Assembly: GCA_964016885.1 (NCBI GenBank)
Contig: OZ024762.1
Coordinates: 20,522,001 to 20,586,000 of the forward strand
Source of the DNA: Eledone cirrhosa
Lineage: Eukaryota
Direction: 5' to 3'
DNA: 64,000 bases
The notes under the pieces: model-generated
What the model saw: the letters and a program-made list of their open reading frames with translations, nothing else
What the model was told of the DNA's origin: nothing
The model's database searches: none
In this document: piece by piece, positions 14,354 to 26,479 of the stretch
How the letters are laid out: each line of letters begins with the position of its first letter
Numbering within the stretch: position 1 is the stretch's first letter
Position numbers and translations under genes: made by a program

Positions 14354-14549
14354 TGTATACACATATAAACAATTTTTAAGCTTATTGAATCCCAACAAAT
14401 TAAATATAACCTCTGCATATATATATATATTGAAATACCAATGATCGTTGGCAAATCACTGATGAGGGACTCATTTTATAATATGTAATCCATGTGCAAC
14501 CATGCAGTATTCTTCTCCCCATATTTTTCATATATATATATATATATAT

Positions 14550-14886
14550 ATCATCATCATCATTTTACGTCCGCTTTTCCCTGCTTGCAAGGGTGGGACG
14601 GGAATTGATTCTGGCTTGATTTCTACAGCTGGATGCCCTTCCTAACACCAACCTCATTTACAGTGAGTGCTGGGTGCTTTTTTGCCGTGGCACCTCCACG
14701 ACCACTTTGCAGTGGAATGATAGGAACCCCAGTCCCTATCATCTCATTTCTACAGCTGAGTAAACTGGAGCAATGTGAAATAAAGTGTCTTGCTCAAGGA
14801 AACAACACATCACCCGGTCTGAGAATTGAACTCACAACCTTTCGATTGCAGGCAGGCCAATGCTCTAATCACTAAGCCATGTGCCA
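14550..14886 (-). mobile_element. CORE-SINE, near full length
   Basis: A box tggcttagtga, B box gagttcaattc, CORE domain, RTE tail, (ATG)n. Confidence 0.88.
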
Positions 14887-14916
14887 TATACAGACATACA
14901 TTACACATATCCAAAC

Positions 14917-14952
14917 TTTCCTGATGAAGGACTTAAGTCTGAAACGTTGAAA
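14917..14952 (+). ncRNA. Minimal type I hammerhead ribozyme motif
   Basis: tttc-CTGATGA-aggac(ttaa)gtct-GAAA-cg-TT-gaaa; GAAACGTT palindromic stem III as in minimal PLE HHRs; followed by ~80 bp and (TA)n. Confidence 0.68.
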
Positions 14953-15071
14953 CCTCCCCCACTTCCACCAAGCGTGAAACTAATATAACTGTGTACAATT
15001 GCCTCCTGTGTTTTGTTCGCTCATTTCAACTATATATATATACATACATATACACATGCACATATACATAT

Positions 15072-15235
15072 ATTGTTTCAGAAGATCCCGTAATAAGGTG
15101 AAAGCAGAAAGTCTTTGCTTAAACTTTAATCTGTACTAATAATAAGTATTTGATCTACGGGTTTATATAGATATATATATTCAATCCTTATCGACCCCTC
15201 TTCGGATTTTGGTCTTCATAATTATTATTTAACCA
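15072..15235 (+). mobile_element. Element family F (HHR-like, variant core)
   Basis: gtttcagaagatcccg..aaggtgaaagc..tctttgcttaaactttaatctg shared with 31250-31485. Confidence 0.6.
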
Positions 15236-15239
15236 TATA

Positions 15240-15570
15240 TCATTTCATTTTACATCCACTTTTCCCTGCTTGCAAGGGTGGGACGGGAACCGATTCTGGC
15301 TTCATTTCTACAGCTGGATGCCCTTCCTAACACCAACCTCATTTACAGTGAGTGCTGGGTGCTTTTTTGCCGTGGCACCTCCACGACCACTTTGCAGTGG
15401 AATGATATGGACCCCAGTCCCTATCATCTCATTTCTACAGCTGAGTAAACTGGAGCAATGTGAAATAAAGTGTCTTGCTCAAGGAAACAACACACCACCC
15501 GGTCTGTGAATTGAACTCACAACCTTTCGATTGCAAGGCCAATGCTCTAACCACTAAGCCATGTGCCTCC
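15240..15570 (-). mobile_element. CORE-SINE full length
   Basis: Begins ggaggcacatggcttagtggttagagc on minus strand; CORE domain; RTE tail. Confidence 0.9.
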
Positions 15571-15878
15571 ATATATATATAAATACAATATCGGAGAAAG
15601 CTTTTTAGCGATACTCCGGCCAAATTCCAACTCACTCAACAAACATTAGGAAATAAGTGATTATATTCCTAATTAAGCGTTCGGGGTGCTAACTAAAAGT
15701 ATTGCGTGGAAGATTGGCTGTATTATTTCATGTCAGACATATCGAATATATCTCTTCCCAGACGGACGTCTCGTTTCATTATAGGATTCCTACAAATTGG
15801 GTGAAATTATACCAATTTATGTAGGAGCTTGTATACCATCAATAGATATATATTCAAGTGGGCTCCTATAATTCATCA

Positions 15879-15911
<33 letters not shown>

Positions 15912-15914
<3 letters not shown>

Positions 15915-16062
15915 TGTTAGGAAGGGCATCCAACCGTAGAAAACCTGCCATATAGTCCTATACGAGCGAGACACGGTCACCCAACAAATCTTACCTCAAA
16001 TGTGACAATTCGCGTCTAACCCATGCTAGCGTGGAAGATAGAAGTTAAATGATGATGATGAT
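15912..16062 (+). mobile_element. RTE/SINE 3' tail fragment
   Basis: ggtgttaggaagggcatcc..cccatgctagcgtggaagatag..(GAT)n. Confidence 0.75.
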
Positions 16063-16149
16063 ATATATAAATATAGTAATAATAATTACACACAAAAAAA
16101 ACAAGATTGTGTAGGACAGAACAAAGGAGAGACACAAAATAACAAATTA

Positions 16150-16192
16150 GTCACTGAGGAGGTCTCAAAATAAGTGACGAAAGAGCTTTGAC
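16150..16192 (+). ncRNA. Type I hammerhead ribozyme motif (family D copy, ~16085-16300)
   Basis: gtca-CTGAGGA-ggtctc(aaaataa)gtgac-GAAA-gagc-TT-tgac; stem I gtca/tgac. Confidence 0.7.
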
Positions 16193-16316
16193 AATAAATA
16201 AACAACCAACCGGAAATTTATAATAAATTGAAGTGGATAACAACAGGTGCGTGTGTTTCTATTGACAGCAGGGCCCTCCAAAAATATAACTATATATTGT
16301 TCTATACAACACTGTA

Positions 16317-16351
<35 letters not shown>

Positions 16352-16525
16352 CGTTATTCCGGGTTGAATTGGAGGTAACCACAGTAAGTAAGGTACTCAA
16401 TACATTGCAGAGTATAAAAGTTTTAATATAGATGAGATTCTACAGGACTAGAACTGTTTCATTCTTTAGATTCCTGATGATTTCTAAAGAATGAAACAGT
16501 TCTAGTCCTGTAGAATCTCATCTAT
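16352..16525 (-). mobile_element. Fold-back HHR element family A, copy 1
   Basis: Body ccgggttgaat..ggtaaccacagtaagtaaggtactcaataca shared with 23628 and 30455; palindrome 16428-16525. Confidence 0.82.
16468..16518 (+). ncRNA. Type I hammerhead ribozyme motif (family A)
   Basis: agattc-CTGATGA-tttc(taaa)gaat-GAAA-cag(ttctagtc)ctg-TA-gaatct. Confidence 0.82.
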
Positions 16526-16536
16526 ATATATATATA

Positions 16537-16700
16537 TAACGAAGGAAATGTGGTAAGGAACCAGATGGACCATAACGCACCAAAGTACTCAATACTTAGG
16601 GTAGTAGAGTGGGTAATAGGAACAAGTAGGACCCCGACGGCTGAACTCAAGCCGTTTCGACGGCTTGAGCTCAGCCGTCGGGGTCCTACTTGTTCCTATA
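16537..16700 (-). mobile_element. Fold-back element family B, copy 2
   Basis: Same body as 2075-2260; palindrome 16616-16700. Confidence 0.78.
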
Positions 16701-16721
16701 TATATATATATATATATATAT

Positions 16722-16820
16722 AATTGTTTCCACTTTTGGCACAAGGCCAGCAAATACCTAGTACATTACTGGTACTTTATTTTATCGACCCCGTAAGGAT
16801 GAAAGGCAAAGTTAACCTCA
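16722..16820 (-). mobile_element. MetaSINE 3' half
   Basis: ggtactttattttatcgaccccgtaaggatgaaaggcaaagttaacctc. Confidence 0.8.
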
Positions 16821-17993
16821 TGTTCCCTGTACTACTGCAGCTACTAACACAGTTGTTGTAAATATAATATAAATATTAAAGGGAGTTAACTCTTGTAATA
16901 GTAATGACACCGTACGTGACGGTGAGAAGGTAAATAATGGAGTCACGTAGACCTTTGCTGCGAAAGAAATTAAAGCCTTAACTGACTAAGATTTTTTAAA
17001 ATAAAATGTTTAAAAAAAAAACACAAGAAAACTGAACAAACTATTACATTCTTTGTGGGAGTTGGAGCAATATTTGTTATTTATAATACAAGTTTATTTT
17101 CTTTCCACTCACATCGTATATTGTAAACACGAGGTCTTTTAACTCATAAAAACAAGTGTTTTGATTAGTATTTTATCTTTATTAAATATTATTGATTGAC
17201 AAAATAGCAGGGCAAGAGTATAAAATCAACATCAGAAAATGTGTTATTTATATAAATATATATATACATATATAAAAAATAATGAATATTTTTCGGAATA
17301 TTATTTTAATACAATGTATCGGGGAATCTTTCCCCTCTCTCCATGGTTATATAATCATACTCACACGCATAAACATAAAACTAAATTTTAAATAATATTT
17401 ACATTTATTAACCTCAATGAAAGCAACATGTTATATATATATATATATATTTAAGACGGGGTGAGAAATAATCGATAGAAAAATATTTTAAAGCGAGACT
17501 AATCGAAATATTTATCTACTTACGTTTATCGAAGAATTCCAGGTCGTTTTTTGTTTACTTTCAACAACTGTGGTAGTCAGTTGAATAATTAGAAACTCAG
17601 AAAGAATATATCGTGATAATTAATAGTGATGACAATAATAATGATTCCATTTATTCATAATAATAATAATAATGTTTAGAGTGAATGAAAGGTATGATTA
17701 GAAGACGGAGGCGGTGTAGGGGGTGTAACAAGTGCCCTATAATAAGTGAGCTACAGCGGAACTTGTCTGCTAAACTACACTTTCGTTACAACAACACCTA
17801 TTGTTAGAGTTTATTTATTATACTTTGCTTTATTTCTGTGTTTCAGGAAGATTTACTCGAGAATGGGTATTTTTAAGAGTAAAAGAAGAAAAATGTTAGT
17901 AGGAACGTCGTACAGCAGGTACGGTCTTCCGCAATATTTCCAGATGGAAATATACAACAATTTCAAGGAACGTGTTTGTCTGTGTGCTGTGTG

Positions 17994-18056
<63 letters not shown>

Positions 18057-18504
18057 CAGAGGTGTCCAAAATCACCGTACTCACAAAGCTAGCTTGGTGG
18101 GGTTGCCGGTTTAACGCCAGCGACCCAACCATGCACTGGTTGTACTGGGTTACATGTTACGCGTCAAAGGGCAGAGGAACTCAGAAGAGTCAGCAGCCAT
18201 CCAATAAAGTTTTTTTTTTATGGAGTGAGACACTCCTAGTCTTCATTAAGATATCTCTCTTGGAGAAAGTTACTCTGATATAAAACCTGCAACTTCGTTT
18301 GAATCCAATGATGTTGACCAGTTCTTTTTGGGAAAATGCATTCGATATTCAGAGAGTGGGAGTGACTCCATGCAAAGCCTTTCCTCACTTAAAAAAAGCT
18401 TCAAGCACAGGCATCCCTTGATATATGACATTTTTTGCGATGCATGGCTTTGCTGGCCATAGACAAGTCCCTAGTAGGACTAAGAAGCCATGTCCATGAT
18501 GCTC

Positions 18505-18660
18505 ATAATAATGAAATTATTGTGTACAGTGCTCAGGTGCACTACAACTCATCAAAGGTGCATGTATAGTACATAGAATAATGTACAAATGTCAGGGAAA
18601 ATGAACAGTGTATGAGTCACAATATAAACGTGTATGGAGGAGGGATATCAGGTGGAGTGA
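18505..18660 (-). mobile_element. Interspersed repeat, probable LINE 3' end (second copy at 30815-30990)
   Basis: Two near-identical ~150-bp copies ending in (ATT)n on the minus strand; clade not determinable. Confidence 0.5.
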
Positions 18661-18704
18661 CGATGCTGCTACGCCAGTCATTTGGTATGACCCCATTCTC
18701 TTAC

Positions 18705-19160
18705 TTAGTTTACTATCCGGGTGACCATAGTATGTCCCACCATTCCAGATACCTTCAACATCTCAGCAACTAGCTCTGAATGCCCAGCTGCCTTGCCTGT
18801 CTTCATATCTTTGATTGCCTTACTTATTACACTACCATCAACTTCCACCAGAAATCCCTCTATTGGATCGATTTGGGGCAGACTATCTTTTTCCCATTTA
18901 TTCTCCTCATTTAGTAGTCTCTTCCAAGCTACCTTCTTATCAACATCAGTGAGAGCAAGTACACCATCTTCATTACGGACACACTTCTCCCCGACAATAT
19001 CACGGTTTTCCTTGACATATTGTCTTGCGATCCTGAACAACTCACATTTTTGGTCCTCGCGTTGTAGAACATGCTTGAACTTTCTAACTTCTGCTTCCCT
19101 TCTTGCAAGGTTCACTTGTCTCCTAGCTTCTCTCCTAGCCATCTGATAGTGTTCTCTACT
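18705..19160 (-). mobile_element. RTE-LINE internal fragment (upstream of the RT domain)
   Basis: ORF ..LFRIARQ..NRDIVGEKCVRNEDG..LLNEEN..AIKDMKTGKAAG..VAEMLK matches the RTE pre-RT region. Confidence 0.82.
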
Positions 19161-19179
19161 ATTTATGTTACGTTGTTTA

Positions 19180-19522
19180 CCAATGGGTGGAACTGGTGAT
19201 TCCGGTTAGTAAATAATGATGCAACAAATTAAAACACTCTACATTATGCAGATCATCCATCGTAAACGTTGCATGCAGACGAATGAAACTGGTTGGGTAC
19301 TGCATCCTTCATCCAGAAGAGATAGCATCATAACTTGTGCTCTGGAAACTGGCGGTCGGACGAAGAAGTGTGCGAAGAGGCCATCTCATTCATTGATACC
19401 CTGCTGAGAGATGCCAACATTGATAACATACGATGAACTGAGAAATGTCATGCTCGACCGGGACGATTGGAGAAAGCGTGCTGAATCTTTGCGAGTGTAA
19501 ACTCGGCCGAAGAAGAAGAAGT
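19180..19522 (+). mobile_element. RTE/RTEX-like LINE 3' fragment (frameshifted)
   Basis: RRMKLVGYCILHPEE..FIDTLLRDAN..ELRNVMLDRDDWRK; ends gcgagtgtaaactcggcc(GAA)n. Confidence 0.7.
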
Positions 19523-19822
19523 GTTGGTCAGTGGTTTGTGTTGTGGTGTTGATTCGTTTGGTGCGTCTGTGCTCACTTTTAGCTTGCTGTGTCATGTGGT
19601 CACTCTTGTGTGGTACAGTGTGACCAGAGGTTGCATGTGTGCAGGTAAGTGTGTAAGTGTTCAATAAGATGATGATGATATGATAGTTCCTTGATCATAC
19701 AGAAAATGAATATATTTAAATGAACCACAATGACACCAAAACGTTATATTATTAATTTATTGAAAATAACTCACACCGGAGCTATACAAAGATAGACAAG
19801 AATTATATACATTATTTGTGAA

Positions 19823-20440
19823 TTGGCAGTATTGGTAGAGGGTCGGACGCCATGCTTTGGTGCATAGAGTTACGGCCCTTTATGATCTGAGTTCAAATCC
19901 CACCGAGGTTAACTTTGCCTTTCATCCTTACGTGGTCGATAAAATAAAGTACCAGACACGCACTGGGGTCGATTTAATCGACTTTCCCCTCCCCCAAAAT
20001 TACTGGCCTTGTGCCTATATAAGAAACCATTATATAGAGTTACGGCCCTAGAGTAGAATGTCTGACACCCTGCTTCGTAGCATAGAGTTACAGCTTTTTA
20101 TAATCTAAGTTCAAATCCCACTGAGGTTAACTTTGCCTTTCATCCTTACGTGGTCGATAAAATAAAGTACCAGACACGCACTGGGGTTGATTTAATCGAC
20201 TTTCCCCTCCCCCAAAATTACTGGCCTTGTGCCTATATAAGAAACCATTATATAGAGTTACGGCCCTAGAGTAGAATGTCTGACACCCTGCTTCGTAGCA
20301 TAGAGTTACAGCTTTTTATAATCTAAGTTCAAATCCCACTGAGGTTAACTTTGCCTTTCATCCTTACGGGGTCGATAAAATAAAGTACCAGTAATACACT
20401 GAGATAATTGCTGGCCTTGTGCCAAAAGTAGAAACAATTA
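19823..20440 (+). mobile_element. Three head-to-tail MetaSINE copies (218-bp tandem duplication)
   Basis: Meta domain at ~19915, ~20135 and ~20352; the junction tatagagttacggccctagagtagaatgtc is repeated 218 bp apart. Confidence 0.85.
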
Positions 20441-20629
20441 TATATATATGTGTGCATGTGAGAGAGAGACAGAGAGAGAGAAAGTGTGTGAAAGTGTTTG
20501 AGTATGTGTTTGCATGTGCATGTGTGTTTGTTTCTCTGTGTATGTGTGTAAATGTGTGTATGTGAATGCACATGTGAGAGAGAGACAGAGAGAGTGTGTG
20601 TGTGTGCATATGAAAGAGACATAGACGTA

Positions 20630-20790
20630 GAATCGACGCCCAGTACTTGACTGGTACTTTTTTTATCAACATAAATGGATGAAAGGCAAAGTTGACCTCG
20701 ACGTGATTTGAACTCAGTGATCAGAGATCCGAAACAAACATGGCAAAGTATTCTATTCAACATTTGAACAACTCTGCCAATTCACCACTG
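20630..20790 (-). mobile_element. MetaSINE, diverged
   Basis: ggatgaaaggcaaagttgacctcg..gatttgaactcag. Confidence 0.7.
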
Positions 20791-21447
20791 AGTTATTACA
20801 ATACAATACATATTGATTAGTCAGTAACAACTTCAAGACTCAACTTTATACGGAATGGAGAGAGAGATATAGGGGGTGGGATGTGGAGGAGGTTTGAGGA
20901 GGGGAGGAAGGAAAGAAGGAGGGATGGAGATTGCGTGATGTTCATATTTTTCCCCAAAGGATACGGTTGACAGGAGGTTTAATGGCTTCAGTAGAAGGAT
21001 AAATATAAAGCTGACACTTAACAGCGTTCAACTAATAAATAAACAAAACAAAAAATATAATTTGCTGTAATTGTCTTAGTTTGGTTTAGTTCAAACACCG
21101 TCTTGTGAATTTTTGGCATTAATTGATGAGTTGAATGTTTGATGCTGGTATAAGAACTGCATTATTGATAGATATTCCACTACGTAGCTGTTTATTTACC
21201 AAACATTCGATTCCAATTCATTTTTGTAGGCTAAAGAGAGTAGAATTAATCTCTGATTTTCTCGGCAGCCATGTTTTTGATGAGTTGAAAGGAAGAGACA
21301 ATTGTGAAAACCTAAAAAGGAACCCTAGTAGACAATTAATTGTTAGACACTGTATATATATATATATATCAATATATATATATATCATCATCATCATCAT
21401 CATCATCATGATATATATATATATATATTGATATATATATATATATA

Positions 21448-22190
21448 TCATCATCATCATCATCATCATCATCATCGTTTAACGTCTATCTTCCACGCTA
21501 GCATGGGTTTAGACAGGAATTGTCCCACTTGAGGCAAGATTGGTCATCCCGCTCGTATGGGACTGTCTGGCAGGTTTTCTACGGCTGGATGCCCTTCCTA
21601 ACACCAACCGCGTTTACAGTGTGGACTGGGAGGTTTTTACCGTGTTGCCTACACGGCCACATTACAGCGTGGACTGTGTCTTTTTTTCTCATGACAGCTA
21701 CACAACCTCATTTATTTAGGAGTGGATGTTGTGGCACCAACATAACTTTACAGAGAAAGGGGTGGTGTAGTTGGGGTGGGTGGGGGTAGGGGTAGTGGGA
21801 TGGGGGTGTATTTTTGGTTAGGAGGTGCCTACTGACTGTAGGTTTCGCTTTGTACTTAGGCAAGGCGGGTCTTCTGTATTACTGCATAGCGCCAAAGATC
21901 TTGGTCCAGTCACATTGTCTTGGAGAGGTGTAAGTGTGTGAGGTCGGAATTTATCAAGTCGTCCCAGGTTTTTCTGGGTCTGCCTACCCCGTAGCTTCCA
22001 TCTATTTTGATCGCCCTGCACTTTTTTTATACAGCTGTCGTCTTTCATGCGCATCACATGACCATACCAAAGTAGTCTTCTATCGAGTAAACAGCATCTG
22101 ATCCCTCTTATTCCTAATTTATCACTTAGTTCATTTATGCTTTGCCGTTCACGTATATTACTATTACACATCCAACGGAACATGCAAGCT
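21448..22190 (-). mobile_element. RTE-LINE 3' end (RT C-terminus plus 3' UTR plus (ATG)n)
   Basis: MFRWMCN..LGIRGIRCCLLDRRLLWYGHVMRM; frameshifted. Confidence 0.88.
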
Positions 22191-22281
22191 ATATATATAT
22201 GTATATAATCAGCATCATCAGCATCATCATCATCATCATCATGAAATGATGATATAATATATATATGTATATAGTATATCT

Positions 22282-23215
22282 TCATCATCATCATCATCAT
22301 CAGGTTTAGCGTCCGTGTTCCATGCTTGCATGAGTTTGGACGGGGGTTTTCCCACTTGAGGCAAGAGTGTTTGTCTTGCTCGCATAGGACTGTCTGGCGG
22401 GTTTTCTACAGTTGGATGCCCTTCCTAACACCAACCACATTTACAGTGTGGGGCTGGGAGGTTTTTACCGTGTTGCCTACACGGCCACATTACAGCGTGG
22501 ACTGTCTGGCGGGTTTTCTACAGCTGGATGCCCTTCCTAACACCAACCACATTTACAGTGTGGGGCTGGGAGGTTTTTACCGTGTTGCCTACACGGCCAC
22601 ATTTACAGCGTGGACTGTGTGTTTTTTGTCGTGACACCTACACGATCTCATTTATTTCGGCCTGGATGTTGTGGGACCAACATAACTTTACATTGAAAGG
22701 GGCGGTGTGGGTGGGGTGGAGGTGGTGGGACGGGGGTGTGTTTTGATAGAGAAGCCTACTGACTGTAGTAGGTTTTTACTTTGTATTTAGGTAAGGCGGG
22801 TCTTCTCTATTACTGAGTACCGCCAAAGGTCTCGGTCCAGTGACATTGTCTTGGAGAGGTGTAAGCGTGTGAGGTCGGAATTTATCAGCTCGTCCCATGT
22901 TTTTCTGGGTCTGCCTACTCCGTGGCTACCGTCTATCTTTATTGCCCTGCACTTTGTTATACAGCTGTCGTCTTTCATGCGCATCACGTGACCGTACCAA
23001 CGTAGCCTTCTCTCGAGTAAACAACATCTGATCCCTCTTATTTCTAATTTTTTCCTTAGTTCGTTTATGCTTTGCCGTTCACGTATATTACTATTGCACA
23101 TCCAGCGGAGCATGCAAGCTTCGTTCCTCTCTAGTCTGCGTATATCCTCTGCACACAATGCCCAGGTCTCACTGCCATGCAGCATTGCTGTTCGTATGCA
23201 GGCATCGTATAACCT
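22282..23215 (-). mobile_element. RTE-LINE 3' end, best preserved copy, with a ~100-bp internal UTR duplication
   Basis: RLYDACIRTAMLHGSETWA..RRLRWYGHVMR..GRPRKTW..DRDLWR; UTR segment 22388-22500 repeated at 22500-22615. Confidence 0.92.
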
Positions 23216-23239
23216 GATATATATATATAATATATAAAT

Positions 23240-23590
23240 GGAGGCACATGGCTTAGTGGTTAGAGCATTGGCCTTGCAATCGAAAGGTTGTGAGTTCAAT
23301 TCTCAGATCGGGTGATGTGTTGTTTCCTTGAGCAAGACACTCTATTTCACATTGCTCCAGTTTACTCAGCTGTAGAAATGAGATGATAGGGACTGGGGTC
23401 CCTATCATTCCACTGCAGAGTGGTCGTGGCGGTGCCACGGCAAAAAAGCACCCAGCACTCACTGTAAATGAGGTTGGTGTTAGGAAGGGCATCCAGCTGT
23501 AGAAATGAAGCCAGAATCGGTTCCCGTCCCACCCTTGCAAGCAGGGAAAAGTGGACGTAAAATGAAATGATGATGATGATGATGATGATG
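23240..23590 (+). mobile_element. CORE-SINE full length (tRNA head + CORE + RTE tail)
   Basis: ggaggcacaTGGCTTAGTGG A box, GAGTTCAATTC B box, CORE domain, tail ccttgcaagcagggaaaagtggacgtaaaa(TGA)n. Confidence 0.92.
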
Positions 23591-23627
23591 ATATATGTGT
23601 ATATATATATATGTATATATATATATG

Positions 23628-23814
23628 TTTATCCCGGGTTCAATCGGGGGTAACCACAGTAAGTAAGGTACTCAATACAAAGCAGAGTATAAATATTTAA
23701 TATAGAAAAGCATCTACAGGACTAGAACTGTTTCATTCATGAGAAATCATCAGCTTCCTGATGATTTCTCACGTATGAAACAGTTCTAGTCCTGTAGATG
23801 CTTTTCTATATTAA

Positions 23815-23818
<4 letters not shown>
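23628..23818 (-). mobile_element. Fold-back HHR element family A, copy 2
   Basis: Palindrome 23692-23818 with CTGATGA cores on both strands. Confidence 0.82.
23752..23802 (+). ncRNA. Type I hammerhead ribozyme motif (family A)
   Basis: agcttc-CTGATGA-tttctcacgtat-GAAA-cag(ttctagtc)ctg-TA-gatgct; stem II damaged in this arm, intact (ttc..gaa) in the minus arm. Confidence 0.68.
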
Positions 23819-23848
<30 letters not shown>

Positions 23849-24071
23849 ATATATACATATATATATATGTATGTATATATATATACATATATATATATAC
23901 ATATATATATATGTATGTATATATATATATATACATATATATATATGTATGTATATATATATACATATATATATATACATATATATATATACATATATAT
24001 ATATGTATGTATATATATACATATATATATATGTATGTATATATATATATATACATATATATATATGTATG

Positions 24072-24109
<38 letters not shown>

Positions 24110-24116
<7 letters not shown>

Positions 24117-24385
24117 ATATTTGGGAATGGTTATGCTGCCAGTATTGCCAATAAAGAGAAACACTCGCATCATACAATATTCCCTTTATTGTTTGGTATT
24201 CATTCATTTGTCAAAGTCCTTTCATCACATTCTGTGACCTTATCTGTACTCTTTTACATCTCCTCTTCTTTCTGATATTAAACTTCTGCTCCAGTTCGTC
24301 TTTTCTTTTGTGATCCATTTTTCGTGATTAATGTCTGCACATGCATTTCAACACACACTTTCTTTGTTGAGTAATTTAATCAATA
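24110..24385 (-). mobile_element. Degenerate family D copy with possible PLE ORF C-terminal remnant
   Basis: Body homologous to 49190-49400; upstream on the minus strand reads LLNK..(frameshift)CRH, resembling the LLNKRSE..KCRH end of PLE GIY-YIG ORFs. Confidence 0.45.
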
Positions 24386-24429
24386 TACATTATATATGTA
24401 TAGATTTAACCTAATTATAGTATATATAC

Positions 24430-24479
<50 letters not shown>

Positions 24480-24639
24480 GCAATAAAGTCTTTAGAAGAG
24501 TAGGCTGTGTGCCGTAGTTAATATTAGTTGGAATTTGAAGTTTGTTGTATTTGTGTGATATTCTGTATGAATGCTGTATTTGTCACAAGCCTATGCATAA
24601 TTATTTGGCTGTCATTCCTTTGAATGTACAACACAAGCA

Positions 24640-24968
24640 TCGAATGGATTTAAGTCAAGAACATTTTAGTGCATATGTTTTCATTGAATGGATACGAGGC
24701 AAATAAGCAACAAATATTATTGCACAATTGATGGAGAGTGGAATTAACAACGTTCCAGCAAATTCAACCATTTATCATTGGGATACTCTTAGATCATTCC
24801 CAACACGTTTGGCTGATTTGTGGTGCATGCATGACAACGCCTGCCCCCACACTGCTCAATTCACAAAAGATTTTTTCCAGAGGAACAGAGTGGCAATGAT
24901 CAAACAATCACCCTATAGTCCCAACTTAAATTTGTGCGACCATTGGGTGTTCAAGTTATTAAATCAAA
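24640..24968 (+). pseudogene. Tc1/mariner transposase remnant (internally deleted)
   Basis: MHDNACPHTAQFTKDFF..KQSPYSPNLNLCDHWVF matches the mariner HDNARPH and YSPDL motifs; N-terminal HTH-like RAYVFIE..STIYHW upstream. Confidence 0.8.
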
Positions 24969-25360
24969 TCTAATCTGGCTGAGTTTACACTCGCAAATAA
25001 GAAGAACCAGGGCCACCCCTAGGAGCATTGGATTTGGTGTACTTCATATCTGTTTCGGTTCCTGAATACAATCAGGGTCACTGCTTCTCCTGAAGGTCAA
25101 TAGTTCTCTTCTAACTCAAGCGGGAGCGCCTTTCCCTTGTCAATTTGCATTGATCATCTGCAAAGCTGCATTGTTCTCAGAACCACTACACCAGTCTTTC
25201 GATGCGTGCAGCTGGAACTACTGCCACCCTTTGATTTGGCAGGATTGCCACTCATTTCTACAACTGAGTAAACTGGAGCAACGAGAAATAAAGGGCCTTG
25301 CTCAAGGACACAATACATCACCCGATCTGAGAATCGAACCCACAACCTTTCGATTGCAGT
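24968..25360 (-). mobile_element. CORE-SINE with a different body and a gagtgtaaactc tail
   Basis: B box gggttcgattc plus CORE; tail matches the LINE end at 19490-19510; second copy at 25805-26088 (+). Confidence 0.8.
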
Positions 25361-25804
25361 TACTTTATTTCGATGAAGTTATTAAAGCAACATCTTCAAA
25401 AATTTGTTTTTGCTTCATTAGAAGAGGTGAAGAGAGGGATGGGCTCCACCAGGTTAAAATGCCCAAGAAATGCTGTATGTCAATACGGCGCCCCTACGAC
25501 TCTATCAGGAGTTATGTCACCATATATAAATACCAGTAAAGTACTGGGCTTAAGGTTAGGGGATTAGGGTTAGTCAAATACTGGGATTGATTTAATCAAT
25601 TTTTCCTTCCACACCCCCTACAAGAAAATAAATGGCTGGCCTTGTGCCTAAATTAAAAATCATTAAAAGCAGGCAGAGACATTGCATTGCTTTCTTGAAC
25701 AGATAATTCAATAAAATAAACCTATTGATACGAAAGTGTGTGACTTAGTGGCTAGTATTACTTGCCTAACTCATAAGAGTCAACGGCCATCTAAAAAAAA
25801 TTAA

Positions 25805-26088
25805 AATCCTGCCAAATCAATGGTGGCAGTAGTTGCTGCTGCACGCATCGAAAGACTGGTGTAGTGGTTCTGAGAACAATGAGGCTTTGCAGATGATCAA
25901 TGCAAATTGACAAAGGAAAGGCACTCCCGCTCGAGTTAGAAGAGAACTATTGACTTTCAGGAGAAGCAGCGACCCCTGATTGTATTCAGCAACTGAAACA
26001 TATATGAAGTACACCAAATCCAATGCGCCTAGGAGCAGCCCTGGTCCTTCTTATTTGTGAGTGTAAACTCGGCCAGATTAGATTTGAT
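25805..26088 (+). mobile_element. Headless copy of the same CORE-SINE body, inverted relative to 24968-25245
   Basis: Reverse complement of 24968-25245 with scattered substitutions. Confidence 0.8.
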
Positions 26089-26479
26089 AGAAATACTGGG
26101 ATGGATTTAATCGATTTCCCCTTCCGCACCCCACACAAGAAAATAAATTGCTGGCCTTGTGCCTAAATTAAAAATCATTAAAAGTAGGCAGAGTCATTAC
26201 GTTGCTTTCTTGAACAGATAATTCAATAAAATAAATTTATTGATACGAAAGTGTGTGATATAGTGGCATGTATTACTTGAGGATCAGCCGTAGTATAATT
26301 GAATTACCAAATAGTGTTAAATTTAAAGTCAGTCAATCAGCTTTTTATAGCGAAAACAACAACAACAACAATAACGAAGAAAAAAACATTAAAAAAAATA
26401 AAGAATCCCACTCCACCCCAACCCACACACCCACTATCAGCTGTCTCTCTTTTCCCACCACTACTACTACCACCACTAC

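Noticed and set aside
14458-14510. CTGATGA followed by gggac
   Set aside because: No properly placed GAAA or closing stems
18055-18480. Possible Tc1/mariner remnant starting gaggtgtccaaaa
   Set aside because: No matching second TIR or transposase motif could be identified by eye
23240-23315. tRNA gene
   Set aside because: A and B boxes belong to a SINE head that runs into the CORE domain; no complete acceptor stem
25550-25573. TTAGGG-like repeats as telomere
   Set aside because: Only 2-3 degenerate units; too short to call
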